A stretch of DNA of 55,453 nucleotides, counting the filler, from Sphacelaria rigidula (taxonomy: Eukaryota), in NCBI GenBank assembly GCA_964200075.2. It is 6 parts of 6 records of this genome, joined end to end, with 100 filler letters (N's around TTAATTAATTAA, not from the genome) between each part and the next. Parts side by side here need not be neighbours in the genome. Positions count along the whole stretch, not along the records: positions 18,521 to 27,679 come from CAXNAA020009157.1; positions 27,780 to 36,938 come from CAXNAA020009158.1; 4 more parts are not named here. One strand, given 5' to 3'. Both the position numbers and the translations under genes were made by a program. Position 1 is the stretch's first letter. Each line of letters opens with the position of its first letter. This document shows positions 23,501-34,750 of the stretch, in pieces. Under the pieces are notes generated by a model. The model had not been told where the DNA came from, made no database searches, and was given only the letters and a program-made list of their open reading frames with translations.

Positions 23501-23714
23501 GGGCGAAACTGTGATCTAACGGTGGGACGGTCATCATCAGGGTGCAGAGACCAACATGGGTTCAATTCCCGCCAGACACGTTTTTTTTCCCCCTTCGGAA
23601 CACTTGATTTCCATCGTCGAAAGCGTGACGGCGTGAGGAGGAATGGGTTGATCCCTGGAGACCACGGACTCGTCCCGAGGAGGGGGAGGGGGTTAGGATG
23701 TGACAAAAAAAAAA
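23501..23714 (+). mobile_element. tRNA-derived SINE (family A)
   Basis: B-box-like GGGTTCAATTCCC at 23558-23570, T8 run, family A tail and A-run. Confidence 0.7.
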
Positions 23715-24426
23715 TCCTTGAGCCAATAGATTGTGATAAAAAGAAGGGTCTTGTCCCGTGATATGCTAGCTTAAGTACGGCATGTGTCCAAATATTCGCC
23801 TGGAGGAATTTGTCCGCGGTTCTTCCATGTGTGATACTAGCTATGATGAAACTTGTTGACATCTGCGCAACGTGAGATCACCCGCTGGGTCGGCGGTATC
23901 CGCATGCACGAGTCCCACACTCCCACCAGGTGCGTTGTGTACTTTCTTTGCTACACGTAGCACTCCCTTGGCTGCCAAGACTCCTTTCGGAACAAACATC
24001 ATTGTTGGAACCTCATCGTCACATCAAAGCTGCCGTAGAGGAAAAATCGCCCGTACTATCCCCTACAGCTCACCATTTTTGTTTACGAACTCACGCAAGA
24101 CTTTTGCACCGAGTTCGGCACCAGAAAGGTCCCGCAATAACGTTGCTCCGAAAGAAGGCGTGGCAGCCAAGGGAGTAGTGCAGATAGTACAAGGTACCTG
24201 GTTGGAGAGTGTGGGACTCGTGCACGCGGATACCACCGACCCAGCGGGTAACCTCACGCTGCGCAGACGTCCAAGATTTTTCATCGTCCCATCGTAGCTA
24301 TCATTCGTGGCAAAAACCGCCGGCACTTTCTCCCTGCCCAATATTTGGGCACGTGCTGTACTAAAATTAGTATATCATCTGCACATGATTCTTCGGTTTT
24401 TTGGCACGCATGATCGGCACGCAACG

Positions 24427-24636
24427 TTTTTTTTTTCATGTCACACCCTCAAACCTTCTGCTTCCTAGGGACGAATCCGTGGTCTCAAGGGATCAGCCCA
24501 TCTCTCCTTGAGTTCTCGTGCTTTCGACGGTGAAAATCATATTTCCGAAAGAAAAAAAAGCGCGTCTGGCGGGAATCGATCCACGTTCTCTCCACCCTGG
24601 CGGTGACAGTCTGATCATTGTCGCATCACCGAGCCC
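24427..24636 (-). mobile_element. tRNA-derived SINE (family A), inverted copy
   Basis: Minus strand GGATCGATTCCCGCCAGACGCGC + T8, then family A tail and A-run. Confidence 0.7.
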
Positions 24637-25373
24637 ATTTCTTCATGTAAAAACACGAGAACGATCATGCGTGTCTCGATCTTTTGACCTTCGGGATGGA
24701 AATCGACATCAGAGAAACCACACTCAGGCTTAGCCTGTCCCACGTTTGGCTCGAAGATATATACTTCCTCTGTCTAATAAGTTGGGGTACCTATGAGCAG
24801 TACGTTGTCTGGGTATAACCGTGTTGGTGAGGATAGTATAGTTGGGTTCGTTAGAAAGATGAAATGAAGACGGAGCTAAACGGGAAAAAAAAAAACGGGG
24901 TTCTACTCCTTTACCTAAAATGGGTTAAATTATACCGTATTTTGGCCTATTTTGGGGAATAAGTGTTCTTCTGAGAATGTTTTCGAAAATTCCCGAAAAA
25001 GTCTCGAAGACGTCCAAATTTACTACCCTACCTGCCCACTACACTATTTTAGCGGTGGACTCGCTCCCCAGCACACCCCCACCTCGCAAACGGGGCGCCG
25101 AGATATCGGTTGTTGGCCGCTCCGTTATGACGATTGTGGTGTCCGATACTCTATTTCCCGTGCGAAAGGCGTTAAATACGGCCATTTGGGGGCAGACTTT
25201 TGTTTTCGGCCGTTCGGCCGCATGGTTCAAGCACCGACTGGATACTTCCCGCATGTTTTTTACTCGGAAAACACCGAAGATTTCAACAAAAAAATCGAAA
25301 AACAGATCGGACACGGTTGAGGGCCCGTACAAATTTAGATATTCTAACTTATGGGACAGAGGAAGTATATATA

Positions 25374-26712
25374 TGTACATGTATCATTTCACTTTTTTTA
25401 CCACTTCTGCCGAGTTTTCTCAGGCGGCAAGGCATCTCATCACGCGCTTTTTTTTGCAGCGCACGAAGTAAGCGCAGCGGTACATTACCGTTCAGGTTTG
25501 GGTGTCAACTGATAACTGTGTCGCGTGTTCTGGCCATCGAAAGTCGCTCACACTGGCTCTTTTTTGCGGGGTGTCGATCCCGGACCACAAAAGCCTCCCC
25601 AAGTTCATGAAACACTTCAAGCAGCAGGATCATGTTTAGCGGGGTATTTTCCCCCCGTGTTTATCTTCGTTGGGTTCTCGTTAATTTGGGAGCACGAGTA
25701 CACCGCTTATGCCGCCAACGTGACGACAACATGAGAACAATGCAGTTGAAAACAATTGAACATTACCTTGGCCTTAGTCAGCAGCAAACACCAGACCGTG
25801 CGGTGAACCTTTGACGAGTTGAACAAAGCACACACGTGGGCAAATGTCCCCACTGTGGGTCAACTGTGTCAAACCAGCAAAGCGGGGTGCCGAAATCCCT
25901 GTGGTCATGCAACCCGTAGGGTGCACCTTTGAAGAATTGGCGCAGGGATATCTTTGTGACAGGGTTGACAGGTTTGTCCTTGTGAAGTATAACAGGGAGA
26001 ATCATACGAGTAGGCACCTCATGCATCTTTCGACGGCTTAGTACTGTATTTTCAGCACAACTCAAGCGTTACTTTTCTTGTGGACTTCTCCGCCGTGTCT
26101 GAATGAACTAGCCTGAAAATTGTCACAGAGGTAGACCACAACACAGACAGCATATTCCCGCATCGGCGACACGTTTTACGTGGTGCGCTAGTAAAACGAA
26201 GTCAATACGGATTCTGGTGCCATCGATATATCCTCACAACGGAGTCCCCTCGGCCCACACTGTGTGAGACGTCAGTGGATGCATATATGGACACGCAGAT
26301 GCGCTCACTTCCACATCATGACCTGCTGGGTGGCTCCTGCCCCGGCAAACGAGCATCGATCCGTATTGGGCACACTCTAGATGATGTCATTTTCCGAGGT
26401 ACCTATCTTGGTATCGCCTGTAGAGGTACTCACTTCAGGAGGCACGATCGTGCAAACGCTGTCAGTGCTTTAACGCGCAATGTATATCATGTACATGTAT
26501 CATTTTACATTTTCACCGCTTTTGCCTAGTTTCCTCTGGCGGCAAGGCATTTTCCCCCACACGTCCTATTGCAGCGCACCGAAAAGGCTCAGCGGTACAT
26601 TACCGTTCGGGTTTGGGCGCCATCTGATACCTGTGGCGCGTGTTCTGGCCACCGAAAGTCGCTTAAACTGGCCCTTTTTTGCGGGGTGTCGATATCGAAT
26701 CACAAAAGCCTT
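25374..26712 (+). repeat. Direct repeats at 25374-25597 and 26490-26712; 26027-26455 is the paralog of 8724-9160
   Basis: Shared GTACATGTATCATTT, CAGCGGTACATTACCGTTC and TTTTTGCGGGGTGTCGAT. Confidence 0.8.
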
Positions 26713-27679
26713 CAAGATCGTGGAAAACTGGACAAAATATATATTTTCAACTTGCGTCACCCCCGGGAGGCCCGTACCAACCTCCCGAAGGGGAACCTTG
26801 TATATATATATATATATATGTATTTATCGCTCACTTTAACCCTTTTGGGACCAGGCCTCCAGAACGACCAATGAGGCTGGTCAGGAATGACGTGTCTGGC
26901 GTCTGCACGAAACAGTGGCGTACTGATGAAACTCCGCGTATGTAACCGCAGGGTCGTGACGAAGACCGAAAGTTTCATCCAATCGATTTCAGGTGCAGAG
27001 TGCGCATTAGATGGTGTACATCTGATGTAGCAAGCCGTATGCGTCGTGATGAAGAGCTTCCAACAAGATGCGGCGACCGGCGAACCGCCCGCCACTTGTG
27101 GCTTTGGATGATACTTTTGTCCCCACTACCTTGCCACACAGCCCTTTGTGGTCAGGGTGGGCCGCCATTTCCCTACTTCCTGCATACGGCGAACTCTCTT
27201 CGAAGGGTATCAGCGTTGCGGCGCACATGCATAAAACAGTATATAACTGTACAGCACAGTGTAGTGCGCCTCTCCAACTGAAGCAGCAGCTGCCGCTGCA
27301 TACTCCCTTGCACGTTCTGGGCAATTCTCAGCTACCTATATACAGCTTTATTATCCCCGTCCACTACATACATGTGGACTGCACACTGCAAGTCATCGGC
27401 AGAGGGATACGCAGAATTCATTACGGTAGCTCCTCTTCTCTTTCCACAGCCCACCTGGATTTTGTTCCTCGTGAAAATGACCACATGGTAGCATGTACAC
27501 TCCTTCCCGGTTTTTTCCGGTCCGCCCTGTGTTAGTGAAAATCACTACGTTTCAGTATAGATCTGGGACCCAAAAAACGCTCCGGAAAAACTCGGGAACG
27601 GTATACTGAGTGCAAGTAATGCCATAAAACCAAGCTGCGACCACCCTGCACTTGGAAACCTGGGAAGGCTTATCTGGGC

Positions 27680-27779
27680 NNNNNNNNNNNNNNNNNNNNN
27701 NNNNNNNNNNNNNNNNNNNNNNNTTAATTAATTAANNNNNNNNNNNNNNNNNNNNNNNNNNNNNNNNNNNNNNNNNNNN
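27680..27779. other. Artificial contig-joining linker 3
   Basis: Same 100-bp structure. Confidence 0.98.
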
Positions 27780-27856
27780 GAAGAGATGGGTTGATCCCTT
27801 GAGACCACGGACTCATCCCGAGGAAGGGGAGGGGTTCAAAGTGTGAGGGAAAAAAA
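27780..27856 (+). mobile_element. Family A SINE tail inserted in the gag remnant (cut by contig edge)
   Basis: GAGATGGGTTGATCCCTTGAGACCACGGACTCATCCCGAGGAAGGGGAG...A-run. Confidence 0.75.
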
Positions 27857-27857
27857 G

Positions 27858-28705
27858 AACGTTCAGGGTCGCCAACATCTACATCGTGCGACTTGTCGCC
27901 GGCCATGTTGAACACCCATTCAATTCCTTCGTCCCTCGCGAAGATGATCAACTCATGTTTGTACCGTGCGAACTCTGCGTTTTTCCCTGAAACGTTTTGC
28001 ACGTTCTGCCGAAAACCGGGTGCTCCCGGCACATTCTCACTTGCATCGTACATATTGACTCACATTCGGGCACAAAGCCCCTAACTCCGTCATCTCTGGC
28101 TCCGTTTCCCCCGCATCACGAGTTCCTTCCTCCGGTCCGGCTTGAGTTCCGATGTACTCACGATCTTTTCGAACTCCCGCACTTCGTCGCTCTACTGTAC
28201 TGATATTTGTTCTGGATCCCCTCTGTGGACTATGGCACCTGTTACTATCGAGGACGCCATTGGTTTCTACGCCCCCGAACTCTCTTACTATCCACATGTC
28301 ATTCACTGATCCTATATCACAGTCTAGTTTAAATGCAAGTCAGCAATAGCTCAGCTATGAAACTACCCGGGCTAGTCACCATCACCAATTGTTCAACAAC
28401 ACCCTGCTGCTCATCAACTACTGGAGCATATCTATCACCTTGATTTACAATTTTGCCCAACCGGTTGAAAGACTAGTGTATCCCGTGGTCCGTGGCGGAG
28501 GATGGATAGTTTGATGATTTGTACTATTATTGGAGAGTGCCTTGACACCTCAAAGTGAGGGAGCAAACGAACGGTGATAACCAGCGGTGGCGACGCTGCT
28601 GGCCCGAGCATAGCACTGCAGTCACACACACTCGACTACCAGCACCCGTACGTCAGCATAAATCTATCCGCACATGTACAGGTTCACTCAGTATACCTGT
28701 TCACA
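27858..28705 (-). mobile_element. 5' part of an LTR retrotransposon (probably Copia): LTR 28390-28705, PBS, gag remnant
   Basis: Minus strand TGTGAAC...GTTGAACA, 2-nt spacer, TGGTGATGGTGAC PBS-like site, then a gag-like frame SGKNAEFARYKHELIIFARDEGIEWVF...DVDVGDPE. The LTR could alternatively start at 28674. Confidence 0.6.
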
Positions 28706-29503
28706 TGAACAGACCATGGTTGTTAACGCCGTTACCGCTTCAATCCGAGTAAATGCCCTCCATCCCGTCGGCGTGGCTGTCGTGATCAGAGGTGCGTGGC
28801 CTGGTAGTTGTGGGTACACGTCCAACAAATCCATAGCGCTTCGAACGCGCCCGCCGGCACTCCACCCGGTCGAACCGAATCAACTATGCTTGTTCTCGTA
28901 ATAGTGCAACCTGCCCTTTTTTGGTCAGATTTGGAGGCCACGAAACGAATCGTCACTTGACTCGCAAACGCGCGGTTCGCGTAATCTAACCGTACCTCTC
29001 CCCAGAAAAACCTGATGCAGTTGCGGGTTAAGGAAACATTTTGGGCGGGCGGTACCGTCGGGGAACGCCCACAACTCGGATGCCCTGCACAACAAAAGGT
29101 ACAAGAGCGCGAGACCTATCCACAGAACGTGATCCTCGTCCGGATCCTTGATCATTGTCTGTCGACCTTGTTCCAGCAATGCCGAAGTCAACGGCCGCCT
29201 GATGTGCGGTTTTCCTGGAGTCGACCCTATCAATCCCTTCTCCTACAGCCCGAATCATGCCGTGCGTTGTTGGTTAATCTCATCCGACATAACTTTGTGA
29301 GAATACTTGATGTTGGCAACGTACCCTATTACGGTGGATTGTTGGTTGTACGTTGTTATGTACAAAACATCTCATCGCTATGAATTCGGTCAGTGCATCG
29401 ATCACGCCATCCAGATTATCGTGACCAGTCATCAACAGCGAATTTCCTTGTGCGTTACGCATCTTTAACCACGCTTCAGAGCGCGCCTTATACGTCTTGT
29501 AGG
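28706..29503 (-). pseudogene. Tyrosine recombinase of a DIRS/Ngaro-type retrotransposon, frameshifted and truncated
   Basis: TYKARSEAWLKMR, RRPLT, LWIGLALLYLLLCRASEL (catalytic R), TIRFVASKSDQKRAG (catalytic K); the HxxR and Y motifs are missing beyond the LTR insertion. Confidence 0.85.
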
Positions 29504-30941
29504 TCGGTCAGCAACGCTTGTCGGAGCGCCTCAACCTTGTCGCAAGATACGGAAACCCGCGCAGTGTGGGAGGTAATGGTCAGGCCCAGCGTCTCTATCT
29601 CACTATCCCAATCTGTACTCTATTGGGGGCCTAGGATAGGCGTCTCGCCTTCTTCTCTGGTGTCAAAGAGCCTGACATGGTCGGATGCGAGGGACGCGGA
29701 CGCGATCAACGCGCTCGTGTCGTCATCGGAGTGCTGCACTCGAATCTGCAAATAGTCTTCGACACACAATACACTAAAGTCAAAACGTTGTCGTGCAAGC
29801 CTCCTCTTGGGTGTGGGGTGGTCGTTTCTTACCTATCGACTACCTTCACATGAGCTGTCCTCTCCTCGCCTTCTGGTAGTAAAACCGCGTTGTCAATGTT
29901 GGTGTAGCAGTGAGCGTGTTTTGCAGCCGATGTCAACACTCCCCAGAAAACTGGCGAGCTCGACCAGCCGCAAGTGAGCCGGAAGTCACGCACTGCTAGG
30001 TTACCCACAACGACACTTTCTACGATAGATCCCTCCCAAAACCAGCCCAAACGTGCCACGAAAACAATGACCACACAGCGCCTGATGTTTGGGTTCAGGT
30101 TACATGAAGCGCCTCATATTGGCAACATTGGCGAGAACGAACCCAAGCGTGGGAATTACCAGCTTCTCGTTGCGCTCGACTTTCCCCATTTTGAATTACG
30201 TGAAGATTTCGCCTCCCAAAGCCATGCTCTTTTTCGGGGGGGCTATCGTAGAAAGTGTCCAGCGTAGCCGAATTGAGGGGCGTGGTCCGGATCTATCCTC
30301 ACATTACGGAACATATCTGATACGACTGCCTTTGCCACTAGTATTCAGTTTTTCGAGGTATTCATTCCGTAACGAAATGAGCTCTTTGAGAAACTTCTGC
30401 GGCGCTTCTCCGCACAAGCAGGCCGGCACGTCTTCAGGTTTGTGTCGCCGTTCAGCGCTCCTTTTTTTTTCTGGATGTCTTCCGTGTCGAAACAAAAATC
30501 GTTGATTATGCAGACTTTGCGTGTAGTTGCTGCTCCCAGGGGCGACAACGGTAGGTTCGGGATTTTTCGGGCCGCCGGCGTTTCGACTATTAAACATTTT
30601 CCCCTGCATACGTCGTCTCCCAGTTTCCCCCATATTTTCGGTATTTGATCGTGTGCGCTACAGTGGTTCCCGTACTGTGGTGCGCGGTCGAGGTTATCTT
30701 GCGTGGTAGATGCAGTGATTACCGTGCCGAATGGGACCCCTGTGGACACGGTAGTAACGAGGCTGTCTGTCTGTCGAAAACTCGTTTCCTTTCCGAAATA
30801 CCTCCTGATTTCGCGCGGGTCTACCGGCGGCGTGAGTAAAGGTCCGCCGATGGACCTCGCGGCATCCCGAATGCGTCCACTGTTTTTTGCCGTGATGCGT
30901 GTGCAGATATTTGCGAGTCTGTACAGTACGTTTTCTAACAT
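29504..30941 (-). pseudogene. Reverse transcriptase of a DIRS/Ngaro-type retrotransposon, decayed
   Basis: LSPLGA..TRKVCIINDF, KAVVSDMFRNVRIDPD, DFRLTCGWSSSP, CVED (degenerate YVDD), WDSEIETLG; interrupted by the MITE at 30012-30259. Confidence 0.85.
30012..30259. mobile_element. 248-bp MITE with perfect 17-bp TIRs
   Basis: GACACTTTCTACGATAG (30012-30028) / CTATCGTAGAAAGTGTC (30243-30259); flanks CAAC/CAGC; removal restores the RT frame. Confidence 0.85.
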
Positions 30942-30942
30942 A

Positions 30943-31346
30943 CACTTCTATGAAATTAATCTGTGCACTAAGCTAAAGTTAAAGCCCTAACCAGTGCTTT
31001 CCCAACACTTACAGTGATGGTGCCCGATGACGTTTTTGTCGGTCTAATGCCCCTCGATCGCGTAGATACTGTTCAGAGCGTTTTAAGGACTCTGTGATCT
31101 TACAGCGCTAACCGAAACCGTCTTTTCCCCTGTTTTATAGGGGGGAGGGAGTATCAGGGAAAACGACGGTTATGGTGAGCGCCGTAAGATAACAGAGTCG
31201 GTAAAATGCTCTGAACAGTATCTAGGCGATCGAGGGGCATTAGTCCGACGAAAAGGTCATTGAGGGCATCATCGCTGAAAGTGTGGAGAAAACACTGTTT
31301 TGCGTTTGAGCCTTATTCAAGTGTACAACCTCATTTTATGGAACTG
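30943..31346. mobile_element. ~404-bp foldback MITE, Tc1/mariner(Stowaway)-like ends
   Basis: Near-whole-length hairpin (CTAATGCCCCTCGATCGC.TAGATACTGTTCAGAGC and complement); TA|CACTTC...GAACTG|TC. Confidence 0.8.
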
Positions 31347-31575
31347 TCTGTTTTCTTTTTTTCTCGGCTGTGATGCCTGGTTTTTCCAACTCTCCTTTTT
31401 TTGGGTACCACAGTGCTCCTAGTTCAGCGTCCGACTGGGCCGACTCGTCTCCACCAGTAGGAGGCGGCACCGCCGCCGACCCGCCAGACTGAAAACTAAC
31501 ATGTGATACGCCTGTTTCCTGTTCTACACGGGACGCGGAACTACTGGCTCCTTGGTCAGTTGAGAAACTACTAGC

Positions 31576-32155
31576 GCGGGGTAACGGGCCCCTGGGTCGC
31601 TGAAGGGGTACCTGTCCCCGTATTCACTGGAGGGTAACTGACCCGACGGTCATTGAAGGGGTAACTAGCCCCTTGGTCACTGTAGGGGTAATTGGCCCCG
31701 CCATAGGTGAAGGGGTACCTGTCCCCGTATTCAATGAAGGGGTAACTGCTCCCGTTGTCACTGAAGGGGTAACTGGCCCAATAGTCACTGGAGGGGTAAC
31801 TGGCCCCATGGTCACTGAAGGGGTAACTTGCCCCACGGTCACTGCAGGGGTAATTTGGCCCCGTGGTCACTGAAGGGGTAGCTGGCCCCGTGGTCACTGA
31901 AGGAGTAACTGGCCCCGTGATCACTGAAGGGGTAACTGTCTCCATGGTCACTTAAGGAGTATCTGGCCCCACGATCACTGATGAAGTAACTGACCCCATG
32001 GTCAATAAAGGGATAACTGGCCCTGTAGTCACTGAAGGGGTAACTGGCCCTGTAGTCACTGGAGGGGTAACTTGCCCCATGGTCACTGAAGGGGTAACTT
32101 GCCCCGCGGTCATTGAAGGGGTAACTGACCCTACGGCCACTGAAGGGGTAACTGA
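31576..32155 (-). repeat. 27-bp minisatellite (about 21 units) inside the YR element, reading (VTPSVTTGP)n
   Basis: GGTCACTGAAGGGGTAACTGGCCCCGT unit, e.g. at 31865 and 31892. Confidence 0.9.
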
Positions 32156-32276
32156 ACTCACGACCACCGATAGGACAATGGCCCCAGATGCATGCGGAAG
32201 TGGCATGGCTTTTTCCAACGTGCCGGGGGTTACTGCTGTGTAGGCGCTTCTACGCCGACCCCCTGTATGAGCCAAA

Positions 32277-34033
32277 TTAAGTGGGCGTGTCTGCTATTTG
32301 GTGGGTTACATGATCAGGTCCCGCACAAAAGGATGCAACATACTGGCGAGGGCGCACTGACACCCCGCTCCTTTTGTACCCCTGACTACCCATGTGCTCA
32401 CAATCCCGGCCACAAGGCACCGCTACCACTGTCTGCTCGCGACTGCTCTCACCATGAAACACAGTCGCTGGAACCGACCCAAGTGAAGGTGCCCTGATAC
32501 GTTCCACGGACCTATAGGCGTCAGAAAACATCGTGTTCACGTCGATACCCGCTTCTTCTGTCGATCTCGGCCCTGCTGGTGGAAAAGGTCGCGCCCCCAT
32601 CCGCTCCCGTTTCCTCTCCCGACGGCGGTGCCTCCCTCCCTTCCGCCGCCACGCCCTCCCTAGCTGTGGGAATATCGTACTACCGGTGCCGGGGCGGGAG
32701 CCGGTTGCTGCTGCTGCTGCTGAGCGGGCGGTTGGTGTACCTGCGATACTGTGTGCTGTAGCGGGGTTGCCGGGGGCGGTGGAGGCGGGGGCGGTATCGC
32801 TGTTTGAGCCGGCGGTGGCGCTGTTGGCGCCGGCGTAACCGCGCCTGCCCGGTTGCCTGTGGATAGAGGATGTCATGGGAGAACCTGCGGTTTGTCTGTG
32901 TACACGGTTAATTTTGTCAATGGCAAACACAGACATCCTTTGGGGTTTGCCGCTGGATTTGTTTCTGCGAGAACGTCGACGGGGGTCCAGCCGGGAGGTG
33001 TTGCTCGAAGGAGGCGGAGCTGTGGTGCCTGCCGGCGTCGTCGCTTTTCGTTTCTTGGTGGGTTTTCCCTCCCCGGTCGGCCAGAATGCAGTTTTTTTGA
33101 GGAGGCAGTTTGGCCCGTACTCGGTGACGAGAGCTTTCATTTTTGTAAACGCCGGCGCCGCTACCGGTTCTCCCGTCGTCGACGGCGGGATGGCGGCCGG
33201 GTACGCCCTCCGCAGCTGTTGTGCATGTATTGCCACCCAGCAAAAAACATCCTTGATCCTGGCGTCTATTGCTGTAAGAAGTGTGGCTCGGACCGTCGCT
33301 CCATACCGGTATAGCGAAGTTTAGTGGTATTCGGTGTACTCCCGGTACGACTGACTTGAACTCCGACTGGAGGGCGCGCGTCCGTGTCTCTCTGGAAATT
33401 TGCCAAACGTTGCAACTGAAGGGCGGATGGCTGCGTAACGTGCGCCACCTTCTCGAGCATTAGTTGCGGGAGATGAAAAGGGAGTTCTTCATTCACGTCG
33501 AAAGCTCCCCCCAGGAGAAAAATCATGGCTCCAGTGGTCGCCCGCCACGAGTCGATTGCACGTTTTGCGTTCGCTTTAATGCCCGCCTGTTCGGCCGCGG
33601 TCCGTTGTGCCGCCGCTTGAGCGCCAGCTGCTGCTACCCGTGGGTGTGGGGCTTGTTGCCACCTGCTCCCAATCTGCAGTGGGGGCTGCTGCAAGGGTAC
33701 CTGTGGGAGTTATAGCGGCTGCGGTTGATCGTGATTCTCGACGGCCTGCAGGCGGTTCGTCTGCTGTACCAAGGCGACCAGCATGTGTAGTTAAAATGCC
33801 TGCTGGGGCATCACGGGCGCTTGCGGTATGCCCTGGGGTTGGTCGTTGGCGCACACTGCCGCTGCCGCGTGCGGATTATTGCGCAAGACCACTACCTCGC
33901 CGTCTTGTTGCGCCTGGCTCCCACCGTTGCCTATGGGAGGCCCGCCGATCGCTACCCCAGGCATGCCGTCCGCTCGTAGTGCCAGCTTTTCATCTCCGTT
34001 GGCCTGAGCCGCGTCCCCGCCCATGCCGGACAT
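32277..34033 (-). pseudogene. gag-like ORF1 of the YR retrotransposon, frameshifted
   Basis: GC-rich chain of overlapping minus-strand ORFs (33791-34033, 33576-33854, 33266-33694, 32277-33236) upstream of RT on the same strand; assigned by position only. Confidence 0.55.
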
Positions 34034-34750
34034 GATGTAAAGTCGATCGATCCTCTACGATGCGCGCTAGTTCTTACATACTCCTACCTACATGTGCTGC
34101 TTAAACCAGTAGCTGTTGGCTACTCGTTGCTGGTGACACTATCTGTACTTGCGTCTCTGGGGATTGCGGCAAGCTAGCTGCGACGGTCAAGTGTTCCAAC
34201 TGACAGCGGTAATGAAGTTGAGAAACGGGGCAGAAGACGTACAGCATATAGAAGCGCATACTCCGTCGTATATATTTCTTTGCACGTACGCCCTAGATCC
34301 TCAGAATTCGTACACGTCTCCGCAAACACCGCTTTCATACTGAACGCTATATCACCTCGAAACAACGGTTACGCTCATACAACATGTACTATTACTATAG
34401 ATACTGTAGTATATTCTACAACAAACCTATGACCGACGTTGCTGTACATCTGTACACAGGGTCACAACAACAGGAGGTGCGGAATAATTTAGCTGACACG
34501 CACCCAACTCCTTGTTTCATCTCATCACAGAGGATGGAAACTGCTGCTCGTGATGTTGTTGTGCCCTCCTTATTGCAGTCATACGCGGCCATTCGGCTAC
34601 CGTCGAAGATCCTGTAGGGGATTTTCCAAGCGCTACCCTCAGTTCCGTTCGTTTTTTAATCTCCAACAGATGATCTTGGGTATTCGCAATGCACTCGAAG
34701 AGGATTTTCAATGTTGGGGTCTCACTCGAAGGTCTGTGTCAATATTAGAG

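Noticed and set aside
23501..23580. Functional tRNA gene
   Set aside because: Only a B-box-like motif is clear, no full cloverleaf was found, and it is fused to a repeated tail, so it is called a SINE head
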